Shown in pieces: positions 19,804 through 28,770 of a stretch of 64,000 nt of DNA. Position 1 is the stretch's first letter, and every line of letters begins with the position of its first letter. The position numbers and the translations under genes are program-made. The notes beneath the pieces were generated by a model that was not told the origin of the DNA, did not search any database, and saw only the letters and a program-made list of their open reading frames with translations. The DNA comes from Pseudomonadota bacterium (GTDB lineage Bacteria; Myxococcota; JACRCW01; JAFGSX01): the NCBI GenBank assembly GCA_043821645.1, contig JBDRCO010000087.1, positions 96,001 to 160,000 on the forward strand, written 5' to 3'.

Positions 19804-19922
19804 GTCATGCTCCAAGGCCGCCGAGTCAGGCAGCCCCCCGTGACGGCAATCACCGTCATCTAACGACGGTATGATATCGCGCCAGCATTCAGATCGCGAG
19901 CCACGACAAGGGACCCCTGAAT

Positions 19923-19951
19923 TTGACTTGGCCCCGGTCCAGCCCTACCAT
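19923..19951 (+). promoter_or_regulatory. Putative sigma70 promoter of the kinase gene
   Basis: TTGACT-17 nt-TACCAT about 50 nt upstream of ATG 20002. Confidence 0.5.
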
Positions 19952-20001
19952 GATTTGTTGATTCTTTCTGACGAGTTCTCGTCGGAGCGGAGCCCTTCTC
20001 G

Positions 20002-23000
20002 ATGCTCCCCGGCCGCATCGGTGACTACCAAATCCTGGCCGAGATCGGTCGCGGCGGCATGGGTGTGGTCTTTCGCGCCCGCGACGAACGCACTGGCCAG
20101 GACGTGGCGCTCAAGATGCTGGCGCCCGAGGCGCAATCCCACAAGGACTCGGCACTGCGCTTCAAGCGCGAATTCCGAGCCATCCGCCGCGTCGTCCATC
20201 CCAATGTCGTGCGCGTGTTCGAAGCCGGGGCCTACCACGGGTCCCCCTACTTCTCGATGGAGCTGGTCGACGGAAAGAATATCCGACGCTGGCTGGATGG
20301 GGATGAGCCCATCGTCCACGTTGGCAAGGACCCCCCTCCCGCGGGTCCACTCAGCGAGGCGCAGCAACTGCGACTCAATGAACCCGCGCGGATCCGGCGC
20401 CTGGCCGAGGCCACAGTGCAGGTGTGCTTCGCGCTGGGCACCATCCACGCGCACCGCATCGTCCACCGCGATCTCAAGCCCGACAACATCCTGGTGACGC
20501 CCCAGGGTGTGGTCAAGCTGATGGACTTCGGCATTGCCAAGCAGTTGACCGATCAAGGACCGTCGACGTCTGGTGGCATGGTCGTTGGTACCTTCAAGTA
20601 CCTGTCGCCGGAGCAGGCGCTGGGTCTCGAGGTCGACGGGCGCGCGGATCTTTACTGCCTGGGCATCGTGCTCTACGAGCTGCTCGCTGGCCGCCACCCC
20701 TTTTACTCCGAGACCAGTGTCGGCTACGCCTACCATCACGCGCGCACCACGCCACCCCCGGTCACCCGGTACAACCCCGACGTCGAGCGCGGGATCGCGG
20801 GCATCGCCGAACGCCTGCTGGCCAAGGAACCGGGGGAGCGCTTCGCCACGGCCGAGGATCTGATCGCGGGTCTGAAGGAGGCCGTGAGCGGCATCGAGGA
20901 GCGGGTCAACCAGCTGCGAGCCTCGACCAAGCGCTTCGCCCTGCCACCGTTTCAGCTGTCTCCGCACCCACTGTATGCCCCGGCCCTGGTAGGTCGCGAT
21001 CGCGAGAAGCAGACCCTGCTCACCGCCATCGATCGTCTGCGCAGCGGTGTCGGGCGCCTGGTGGTGATCGAGGGAGCGGCGGGCGGTGGCAAGAGCCGCT
21101 TGCTGCGAACCATTGCAGCCGAGACCAAGGACCAGGGTGTGCACTTTTTGTTTGGCCGCGCCAATCAAAACGAGCGCGCGCCGTATGCGCCCTTCGTCGA
21201 GATCTTCGATCACCTCATTCGCCAGCTGGCGCAGCAGCCCCGGCGCGAGGTCAACCGCATCCTCGGTACCGAGGGTCCAGCCCTGGCTCGCTACATCCCC
21301 GCGGTGGCCGCCCTGCCCATGGTGGAGAGCCGGCAGGCGCCAGCCCTGGCCCCCGAGGACGAGCAGATCCGGTTCCGCGCTGCCGTCGCGGATGTCCTGG
21401 CGCGGTACTGCCACGGCTCACCCCACGTGCTGGTGCTCGACGATCTGCACCTGGCAGACGAGTTGAGCCTGGACCTGGTGCGCCACCTGGCAGGTGCCCT
21501 GGCAGGCCTCCTCGTCGACGACGGAGCGGCGCCTCGTCCGGCGAGTCTGGCCCTGTTCATCGCTCACGATTCCGATGCGGTACCTCCTCCGGCGCTGACG
21601 CGCCTCCTCGCCGAGCTCGAGGGTCAGACGGGGTTCGTGCGCGTGGGCCTGAGTCCCCTGGACGCGGCGGCTGGAAACAGACTGGTGCGGTCCATGCTGG
21701 GTGGAGCCGAGGTCGCTGCGGCCTTCACCGACGCTCTGCATGCCGGCACCGGGGGCAATCCCTATCGCATCGAGGAGCGCGTGCGCGTCCTGGCCGAGGC
21801 CGGCGAGCTGGTCCGGCGCGGTCGTCGCTGGATGCTGCGAGCGCGTTCGAGCGCGCCCCAGCAGCCGACCTATCTGGAACTCGAGGAGGTCACGGCCTCC
21901 GAGGTCCCGCCCATCCCTGATCGCGAGCGCGGAGGGGGAGGCCATCGTCTGTCCAACCTGTCGGTCACCGCACGGGATGTCGCCGAGCGGGCTGCGGTGG
22001 TCGGGCTGGCCCTGAGCAGCGAGCTGCTGTCGCGCATCGCCCTGCGGCCCGAGGAGGAATTGCTGGATGCCCTCGATGAGCTGATCAAGCGCGAGGTGCT
22101 GGCCGAGGGGAAAAGCGAGGGCGTCTACCGTTTCGTGAACGAGGATGTCCGCGGTGGCATCCTCGAGGCTGTGGAGCCGGGCCGGCGCGCGCGTCATCAC
22201 CTGCTGGCCGCCCATTCGCTCGAGGAGATCGCGCGTGCAGATCCCCGGATTCCTGCGGACCCCGAGGTGCTGGCCACGCACTACCTCGAAGGAGGGGAGC
22301 CTCGCCGCGCCTTCGACTACCTGGCCCAGGCCGCGCACCGCGCCGTGCAGGCCAACGCCGTGCAGGCCGCCACCTCGCTGGTCGAACGCGCCCGCGAAAC
22401 CCTGCGCGAGGAGATCGAGCACAACCCGGCCGACCCGGGCGTGGCCCGCCGGCGCATCGAGCTGTTGCAGCTGCGTCTGGCGGTGATCCTCGCAGCTGGC
22501 CATCCCGCCGAGGCCATCGAGGTCGCGCATCACGAGCTGGACGCTCTTCGAGGTCACACGGAGGCGCGCCACGTGGCGGAGGTCATCTACCTGCTGGCGC
22601 GCGCCGAGCTCACCGTCGGGGAACTGGACAACGGCCTGCGCCACGTCGCCGAGGTGGTGGCGGTGACAGAGCGCGGCGGCGCGCACGTGCTGCGCTGCAA
22701 GGCCAAGCGGCTCGCTGGCGACATCTATGTGCGACGAGGCCAGAGCGATCGTGCCCAACGTTATTATCGCGACGCCATCGACCTGGCACGGGCCATCGGC
22801 AATGCGCTCGAGGAGGAACTGGTGCGCAGCGCCATGGCTGCGTTGCGCCTGGACACTGGAGAGCTCGCCCAGGCCAGGCGGGACTACGAGAATCTCCTGA
22901 CCGTGGCCGAGCAGACGGGAGAACGTTCGCGGGCGGCTCACTACGTCAAGTGCCTTGGTCTGGTGCACCACGCTGCCGGCGACTACGAGCGGGCGCTCTC

Positions 23001-23586
23001 CTCGTACCAGCGTGCCCTGGACATGGCTCGCGCCATCGGTGACAGCCGCACCGCGCTCGTGTGTCAGTGCTGCGTTGGCACGGCGCTGATCGATCAGGGC
23101 GCGGTGGATCCCGCCCTGGAAGCGTTCGCCGCGGCCCGGGAGGGGCTGATGGCCGCCGGCGCCACCGAGGAGGTGATCGAGAGTCTGCTCGGGAGCGCCG
23201 AGGCCTACCTGCTCCGCGACGCGAACGAGAAGGCGCGAACGCTGTGCGATGAAGCCGTGGCCGAGGCCGAAAGGTCCGGGATGTCGACGCTGCTCGCTGC
23301 GGCGCGTGTCCATCGCGGTCTGGCGCGCGTGCGCCTTGGCGACGACAGACCCGGGCTCTCCGACATCGAGGCGGGCCTGGCCACCGCCCAGAAGTCCGAG
23401 GCCATCCGGCTGCAACTCCAGGGTTTTGTGGCGCTGGGGGAAGCCCTGTTCCTCGCCGGCGAGCAGGCGCGCGGGCTGCAACTGCTGGATCAGGCACAGC
23501 GACGCGCCGAGAGCAGCGGTTACCTGCGTTACCGGGATCGTGTACAGAACGTTCGCACACGGCTGCAGGTGACCTCGCCAAGTTGA
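20002..23586 (+). CDS. Ser/Thr protein kinase fused to a STAND/AAA ATPase and TPRs
   Basis: IGRGGMG, VALK, HRDLKPDN, DFG, YLSPEQ; LVGRDRE, GAAGGGKS Walker A, LVLDDLHLAD Walker B, GGNP; C-terminal TPRs. Confidence 0.93.
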   Translation: MLPGRIGDYQILAEIGRGGMGVVFRARDERTGQDVALKMLAPEAQSHKDSALRFKREFRAIRRVVHPNVVRVFEAGAYHGSPYFSMELVDGKNIRRWLDGDEPIVHVGKDPPPAGPLSEAQQLRLNEPARIRRLAEATVQVCFALGTIHAHRIVHRDLKPDNILVTPQGVVKLMDFGIAKQLTDQGPSTSGGMVVGTFKYLSPEQALGLEVDGRADLYCLGIVLYELLAGRHPFYSETSVGYAYHHARTTPPPVTRYNPDVERGIAGIAERLLAKEPGERFATAEDLIAGLKEAVSGIEERVNQLRASTKRFALPPFQLSPHPLYAPALVGRDREKQTLLTAIDRLRSGVGRLVVIEGAAGGGKSRLLRTIAAETKDQGVHFLFGRANQNERAPYAPFVEIFDHLIRQLAQQPRREVNRILGTEGPALARYIPAVAALPMVESRQAPALAPEDEQIRFRAAVADVLARYCHGSPHVLVLDDLHLADELSLDLVRHLAGALAGLLVDDGAAPRPASLALFIAHDSDAVPPPALTRLLAELEGQTGFVRVGLSPLDAAAGNRLVRSMLGGAEVAAAFTDALHAGTGGNPYRIEERVRVLAEAGELVRRGRRWMLRARSSAPQQPTYLELEEVTASEVPPIPDRERGGGGHRLSNLSVTARDVAERAAVVGLALSSELLSRIALRPEEELLDALDELIKREVLAEGKSEGVYRFVNEDVRGGILEAVEPGRRARHHLLAAHSLEEIARADPRIPADPEVLATHYLEGGEPRRAFDYLAQAAHRAVQANAVQAATSLVERARETLREEIEHNPADPGVARRRIELLQLRLAVILAAGHPAEAIEVAHHELDALRGHTEARHVAEVIYLLARAELTVGELDNGLRHVAEVVAVTERGGAHVLRCKAKRLAGDIYVRRGQSDRAQRYYRDAIDLARAIGNALEEELVRSAMAALRLDTGELAQARRDYENLLTVAEQTGERSRAAHYVKCLGLVHHAAGDYERALSSYQRALDMARAIGDSRTALVCQCCVGTALIDQGAVDPALEAFAAAREGLMAAGATEEVIESLLGSAEAYLLRDANEKARTLCDEAVAEAERSGMSTLLAAARVHRGLARVRLGDDRPGLSDIEAGLATAQKSEAIRLQLQGFVALGEALFLAGEQARGLQLLDQAQRRAESSGYLRYRDRVQNVRTRLQVTSPS

Positions 23587-23623
23587 CTTTTTGCACCGGA
23601 GCAGACGGGTCAGCGACGTAAAA

Positions 23624-23652
23624 GTGGAGTCAGAACAGGACCGAAGTATAAT
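23624..23652 (+). promoter_or_regulatory. Possible sigma70 promoter of the FHA-xseAB-ispA unit
   Basis: Perfect TATAAT at 23647-23652 in a GC-rich genome; weak -35. Confidence 0.35.
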
Positions 23653-23765
23653 GAAGCGTCCCGCGGAGCCAGGCCGTGCTCCGCCGCGCGCTCGCTCCGA
23701 ACCATGGTGCCGGACGGCACGTGGCGAAGGAGTCCGCGTGCAACGACGGTGACCGGAGCTTTGTC

Positions 23766-25166
23766 ATGGCCAAGAAGAAGGCGGCCACCCGAAAAACCCA
23801 CGACGACAGCCTGCGGGGCACCCAGATCGAGGCGTCCGTCGGGGCTCCAGACGATGTCCCCGACCAGGGCCAGGAGCCCGTGGTGGACGATATGGATGTC
23901 GGTGATGACCTGGCGGCCGAGGAGGCCAAGCTGGAGACGTCTGACGCCGAAGCTGACGAGGAGGACGGGGACCAGGACGCTGGCGACGAGCCCGAGGACG
24001 GTGAGGACTCCGGGGACGACGACCCGGAAGGGGTCAAGGACGAGGACGACGAGGGCGGGGAGGGGGACGAGGACGAGGCTTCAGAAGAGAGCGAGGAGCC
24101 TGACGACCCCGATGCCGCGCTCAAGGTCGATGTCGTGCTCGTGCAGAGCATCGAGAGCATCGTCGAGCGTCGCGCTCATGTACTGGAACTCATCGAGAAC
24201 ACGCGCGACAGAGCGAGGGCCGTGAAGCCCGACATCTTCGAGCGCGTCATCGGCGACTACCAGCGGCAACTCGCCGAGGTCGAGGCCGAGTACGAACCCG
24301 CCAGCGAGGCCATCTGCCAGTCGCTCATGGCCATCAGCGCCCTCGAGGACAAGCTGCGCGACGAGACCGAGCAGATCAACGACCGCATGGTCGAGATGCG
24401 CTTTCGCTGCGAGGTGGGAGAGTTCCCGGAAGAGGACCTGTTCCCCATCGAGGATGAACACCAGCGCCAGCTCAAGCATCTGAACGCGCGCATGGCCCTG
24501 ATCGACGAGACGTATTCCCAGTGCAAACCTTTCTTGCGGGCCGAGGATTTCGAGGAGGCGACCGGCCGACCCTACGAGGACAAGCCCGAAGAGGACGTGG
24601 CGGAAGAGCCTGCCGCGGCGCTGGCGGAGGACCCCGACGGTGAATCCGGCGATCTGGGGGATCTGGAGATTGACGAGTTCGATGCGCCGGGTGTTCGCGT
24701 GACTGCCCCGCCCGAGGTGTTCACGGCCGCATCCCGCCTCGACGACGTGCGTCGGGTGGCCGAAGAGGCCGACGACGATGGCCTGCCCACGCGCTTCGAG
24801 CAGCGCCCCGAGGATTCTCTGTCCGAGGGAGCCAGCGAAGAGCGCACCATCGCAGGCGGCCAGCTCAAGTGCTACGTGGTCCACAAGCTGGCGGATGGCA
24901 GCGAACGCGACTATCCGCTTGGACTCGAGCCCTTTGCCATCGGGCGCCATCCCCAGAACGACCTCGTGCTCGCGGACCGGGGGATCTCGCGCCGCCACGC
25001 CCGCGTGGTGCTGGAGAACACGGGGCGCTACACGGTCTCCGACCTGTCGAGTGGCAACGGCGTCTTTGTCAACGGCACGCGCGTTCACGGCAAGTTCAAG
25101 TTGACCAGCGGCGATACCATCACGATGGGAAGCAGCACCATGGACTACCTGGAGCGGCTCGAGTAG
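23766..25166 (+). CDS. FHA-domain protein with acidic N-terminus and coiled coil
   Basis: C-terminal IGRHPQND...ISRRHA...DLSSGNGVFVNG FHA motif; D/E-rich N-terminus; GGAG RBS. Confidence 0.88.
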   Translation: MAKKKAATRKTHDDSLRGTQIEASVGAPDDVPDQGQEPVVDDMDVGDDLAAEEAKLETSDAEADEEDGDQDAGDEPEDGEDSGDDDPEGVKDEDDEGGEGDEDEASEESEEPDDPDAALKVDVVLVQSIESIVERRAHVLELIENTRDRARAVKPDIFERVIGDYQRQLAEVEAEYEPASEAICQSLMAISALEDKLRDETEQINDRMVEMRFRCEVGEFPEEDLFPIEDEHQRQLKHLNARMALIDETYSQCKPFLRAEDFEEATGRPYEDKPEEDVAEEPAAALAEDPDGESGDLGDLEIDEFDAPGVRVTAPPEVFTAASRLDDVRRVAEEADDDGLPTRFEQRPEDSLSEGASEERTIAGGQLKCYVVHKLADGSERDYPLGLEPFAIGRHPQNDLVLADRGISRRHARVVLENTGRYTVSDLSSGNGVFVNGTRVHGKFKLTSGDTITMGSSTMDYLERLE

Positions 25167-25169
25167 GCC

Positions 25170-26591
25170 GTGGCACGGCGTTACCTGTACGAGCTGCTGG
25201 AGCATGGCATCACCTCCGCGGCGCGTGACGAGACAGCTCCCGATCGTCCCGTCACGGCCCGCCGTGCTCTCACCGTGACCCAGGCGGCTCGCGCCATCCG
25301 GCGCGTTCTCGAGGGGCAGCTGGTCGATCTGTGGGTCGAGGGCGAGATCTCGAACTACCGCCCGTACCCTTCAGGACACTGGTACTTCACGCTCAAGGAT
25401 GCGCAGAGCCAGCTTCCGGCGGTGATGTTTGCGGGCGATAACCGACGCGTACGCTTCAAGGTCGAGGAGGGGGCGCAGGTCCTGGCCCGGGGACGTGTCT
25501 CCTTTTACGAGAGTGGCGGGCGGGCGCAGCTCATGGTCACGGCCCTGGAGCCCACGGGACTCGGCGCGCGCACGCTGGCTCTGCGGCAGCTCGCGGAACG
25601 CTTGCAGGCCGAGGGTCTGTTCGACGCCACGCGCAAGAAGGTGCTGCCCCTGCTGCCGCGCAAACTCGGCGTGGTGACCAGCCTCGAGGGCGCGGCCCTG
25701 CGCGACGTGTTGCAGGTGGCACGGCGGCGCATGCCACGGCTTCCGGTCGTGATCTCACCGACCCGGGTCCAGGGAGAGGGCGCGGAGCAGTCCATCGCCC
25801 GGGCCTTGCGCCAGCTCGACCAAAGTGGGTTGACCGACGTCATCATCCTGGGCCGTGGCGGCGGCAGCGTCGAGGATCTCGAGGTCTTCTCGAGCGAGGT
25901 TGTGGTGCGGGCTGTAGCAGCCTGCGCCACCCCAGTGATCAGTGCCGTGGGCCACGAGATCGATCAGGCATTGTGCGACCTGGCCGCGGACCTGCGCGCA
26001 CCCACGCCGAGCGCAGCAGCCGAACTGGCCGTGCCCATATTGAGCGAGCTGGAGAAACGACTAGAGGTCTCGCGCCAGCGCATCCGCGGCCTGATTCTCG
26101 GCCAGCTGACGACCAAGCGCGCTCGCCTCGCGGCGCTGGTCTCTGCCCTGACCGACCCCAGAGCGCTGGTCCGCACGAGACGCCAGGACCTCGATCTGCT
26201 GTGGCAACGCGCGGAGCGGGGCATGCAGCGTCGACTCGTGCTGGCCCGGACGCACCTGTCCAGGCTGCGAGAGCGCCAGGCACCGCAGCATCCGGGGCGA
26301 CGTCTTGCCACGGCCGGTGGCCGACTCGAGGTGCTGCGCTTGCGCCAGCGCGCGGCCCTCGACGCACGCCTCGATCTCGCGCGTGCCGGGCTGCAGCAGG
26401 CTGCGGCCTCTCTGCACGCCCTGTCACCCCTCGCGGTCCTGGGGCGCGGCTATGCCATCTGCCTGCACCGCGGCAAGCCCCTGCGCGAGGCCAGGGCTGT
26501 GGAACCTGGATCCCAGCTCGAGGTTCGACTTGCACGCGGTCGACTGCAGGCACAAGTGCAGCGGATCACCGACGACGAGGAGGGTTTCTGA
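25170..26591 (+). CDS. xseA: Exodeoxyribonuclease VII large subunit
   Basis: WVEGEISN, SGHWYFTLKD, RGGGSVEDL, SAVGHEID, APTPSAAAE, LSPLAVLGRGY. Confidence 0.97.
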   Translation: MARRYLYELLEHGITSAARDETAPDRPVTARRALTVTQAARAIRRVLEGQLVDLWVEGEISNYRPYPSGHWYFTLKDAQSQLPAVMFAGDNRRVRFKVEEGAQVLARGRVSFYESGGRAQLMVTALEPTGLGARTLALRQLAERLQAEGLFDATRKKVLPLLPRKLGVVTSLEGAALRDVLQVARRRMPRLPVVISPTRVQGEGAEQSIARALRQLDQSGLTDVIILGRGGGSVEDLEVFSSEVVVRAVAACATPVISAVGHEIDQALCDLAADLRAPTPSAAAELAVPILSELEKRLEVSRQRIRGLILGQLTTKRARLAALVSALTDPRALVRTRRQDLDLLWQRAERGMQRRLVLARTHLSRLRERQAPQHPGRRLATAGGRLEVLRLRQRAALDARLDLARAGLQQAAASLHALSPLAVLGRGYAICLHRGKPLREARAVEPGSQLEVRLARGRLQAQVQRITDDEEGF

Positions 26592-26666
26592 ACCGGCATC
26601 GCCCGTTTGCGATACGGCTTGACCCTCTGTTCTCAACGTCGTCAAGTCAGCCCACAGGAGTGCGCC

Positions 26667-26936
26667 GTGAGCGACAGGAAGAACCGCCGTTCCGAGCCCG
26701 AGCTGGCTGCCGATGCGCCCTTCGAGCAGGTGCTGGAGCGCCTCGAGCGCCTCGTGGACCAGCTCGAGGACGGGAGCCTGCCCCTCGAGGCGTCGCTGCA
26801 AGCCTTCGAGCAGGGCGTGGCCCTGGCGCGCCAGGCCCAGACCAGCCTCGACGCCATGGAAAGGCGTATCGAGGTCCTGAGTCAGGACGGGAGCCTGCAG
26901 GCCCTGCCCGAGAAGCGAGAAGAGGATGATGTCTGA
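26667..26936 (+). CDS. xseB: Exodeoxyribonuclease VII small subunit
   Basis: FEQVLERLERLVDQLEDGSLPLEASLQAFEQG; CAGGAG RBS before GTG 26667. Confidence 0.95.
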   Translation: MSDRKNRRSEPELAADAPFEQVLERLERLVDQLEDGSLPLEASLQAFEQGVALARQAQTSLDAMERRIEVLSQDGSLQALPEKREEDDV

Positions 26937-27855
26937 CACCGGGACCGTCGCGTCGGCGGCGGCGGCAGAGCGCAGCTTTTTCGAGGTGCTCCGGCGCGAG
27001 GTCAACGCGCGCCTGGAGGCCTCACTGCAAGGCCTGCGCGATCGCGCCCTGCACGGCGGGCAGCGTCCGCCACCGCGCCTGCTCGAGGCCATGGGGTACA
27101 GCCTGCTGGCCGGGGGCAAGCGCCTGCGTCCGCTGATGGCGCTGTGTGCCTGCGAGGCGGTCGGTGCCGAGCGCGCTATGGCCTGGCCCGCCGCCCTCGC
27201 CATCGAGTACGTGCACACCTACTCGCTGATTCACGATGACCTCCCGGCCATGGACAACGATGATCTCCGACGTGGCCGACCCACCCTGCACAAGGCCTTC
27301 GACGAAGGGACGGCGGTGCTGGCCGGCGACGCCCTGCTCACCGAGGCCTTCGGTGTGCTCGCCAGAGCCGAGCACAACGCCGATCGACAGGTGATGGAGC
27401 TGGCCACGGCGGCCGGAGCCTGCGGCATGGTGGGGGGTCAGGTGCTTGACGTCGAGGCCGAGAGCCTGCCGCACGCCCAGATCGATCTCGAGCGCATTCA
27501 TCGAGCCAAGACCGGCCGCCTGTTCGTGGCCGCGGCGGTGATGGGCGGGCTCGCCGGCCAGGCGCAGCAGCACGAGGTCGCGGTCCTCCGTCGCTACGCG
27601 GCCCTGGTCGGGCATGCCTTTCAGGTGGCAGACGATCTGCTCGACGTGGTGGGCGATGCCTCCAAGACCGGCAAGGGGCTGGGGCGCGATCAGGCTCGGG
27701 GCAAGTTCACCTACCTCAGCCGCGATGGCATTGACGCCACGCGCGCCGAGGCGCATCGCCTGGGTCTGCTCGCGCACGCGGAGCTGGAGCCTCTGGGTGG
27801 CACGGCACAAGCGCTGCACGCCATCGTGGATATGGCGGTGGAACGCGTGGCCTGA
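26926..27855 (+). CDS. ispA: Polyprenyl (farnesyl/geranylgeranyl) diphosphate synthase
   Basis: GGKRLRP, SLIHDDLPAMDNDDLRRG, GGQVLD, KTG, FQVADDLLD. Confidence 0.93.
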   Translation: MMSDTGTVASAAAAERSFFEVLRREVNARLEASLQGLRDRALHGGQRPPPRLLEAMGYSLLAGGKRLRPLMALCACEAVGAERAMAWPAALAIEYVHTYSLIHDDLPAMDNDDLRRGRPTLHKAFDEGTAVLAGDALLTEAFGVLARAEHNADRQVMELATAAGACGMVGGQVLDVEAESLPHAQIDLERIHRAKTGRLFVAAAVMGGLAGQAQQHEVAVLRRYAALVGHAFQVADDLLDVVGDASKTGKGLGRDQARGKFTYLSRDGIDATRAEAHRLGLLAHAELEPLGGTAQALHAIVDMAVERVA

Positions 27856-27915
27856 GTCGTGATCGCGCGAGGCTCGCGTTGAGCGACCGGGCGCCCCCAG
27901 TATAAACTTCTCCAC

Positions 27916-28689
27916 ATGGTTCTCGTTGTGGCAGGTCTGATGACCGCGATGTCGCTGCAGGCCGATCCCGGCGCTGCACCCATTTCTTCCGCTGTGGTGG
28001 CGGCGAGCCCCAGCGTCGTGCACGAACGCTATCACTACCGGACCGTGAGTCTGGATGGCTCCACTGCTGGCGGCACCGCAACGCTCGAGCTGACTCGCCG
28101 CGGGGATCTGGTCGACCTGGTCGAGGAGAGGCAGCTTCCAGACGGGAACCGGATGACCTTCAAGGTTCGCTTCTCATCGAGGGACATGCAGGTGATGCGC
28201 TGGGAGATGCAGGTCAAGGTCGACGGTCAGGTCACGCGCAGCACCCTCGCCATCGGCAGGGCGGAGGTCGAGGCGAAGCAGGTTGGCCCCGACGGCGTCA
28301 CCACCTCGGACCGCATGACTCGCCCCAAGGGGACAGTGGTCATGACGCCCTTGCTCAAGTTCGAGCTGGCGCGCCGCCTGGACCAGGGGCACGTGACCGG
28401 ACCTCTCGAGATGATCGTGCTCCGGGACGGCGAACTCGAGAGCTACCGCCTGCAGATCGAAGACCGCGGTGACCGGCAGGTGACCACCGCCGCGGGCACG
28501 TTTCGGTGCCGCGTGCTGTCCATCGCCCCGACCTCGGCGCTGCTGGCCCTGGCCGTGCCCCCCGGTGAGATGCTGCTCGCGGCCGACGGCAGCCACCCTC
28601 TGGTGCTGGGCGTGGGAAGTATCAGCCGCCTGTCCAAGGTCATGCGCACCGAGCTCATCGAGTACCGCAGCGAGAACGCGACGCCCTGA
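27916..28689 (+). CDS. Exported beta-rich hypothetical protein (DUF3108-like)
   Basis: Hydrophobic N-terminus; VTTAAGTFRC resembles the VxVPAGxFxC motif. Confidence 0.6.
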   Translation: MVLVVAGLMTAMSLQADPGAAPISSAVVAASPSVVHERYHYRTVSLDGSTAGGTATLELTRRGDLVDLVEERQLPDGNRMTFKVRFSSRDMQVMRWEMQVKVDGQVTRSTLAIGRAEVEAKQVGPDGVTTSDRMTRPKGTVVMTPLLKFELARRLDQGHVTGPLEMIVLRDGELESYRLQIEDRGDRQVTTAAGTFRCRVLSIAPTSALLALAVPPGEMLLAADGSHPLVLGVGSISRLSKVMRTELIEYRSENATP

Positions 28690-28770
28690 ACCGGCGCTGT
28701 GGAACTTTCGCGCTGGTGGGCTGTCTACTCCCAAGAACCACGCATCTGGTCCGCGTGAAAGGGAGCTGCC

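Noticed and set aside
20002-23586. Kinase-STAND-TPR as an Avs-type antiphage system
   Set aside because: Architecture is common among myxobacterial signalling kinases and there is no defence-island context
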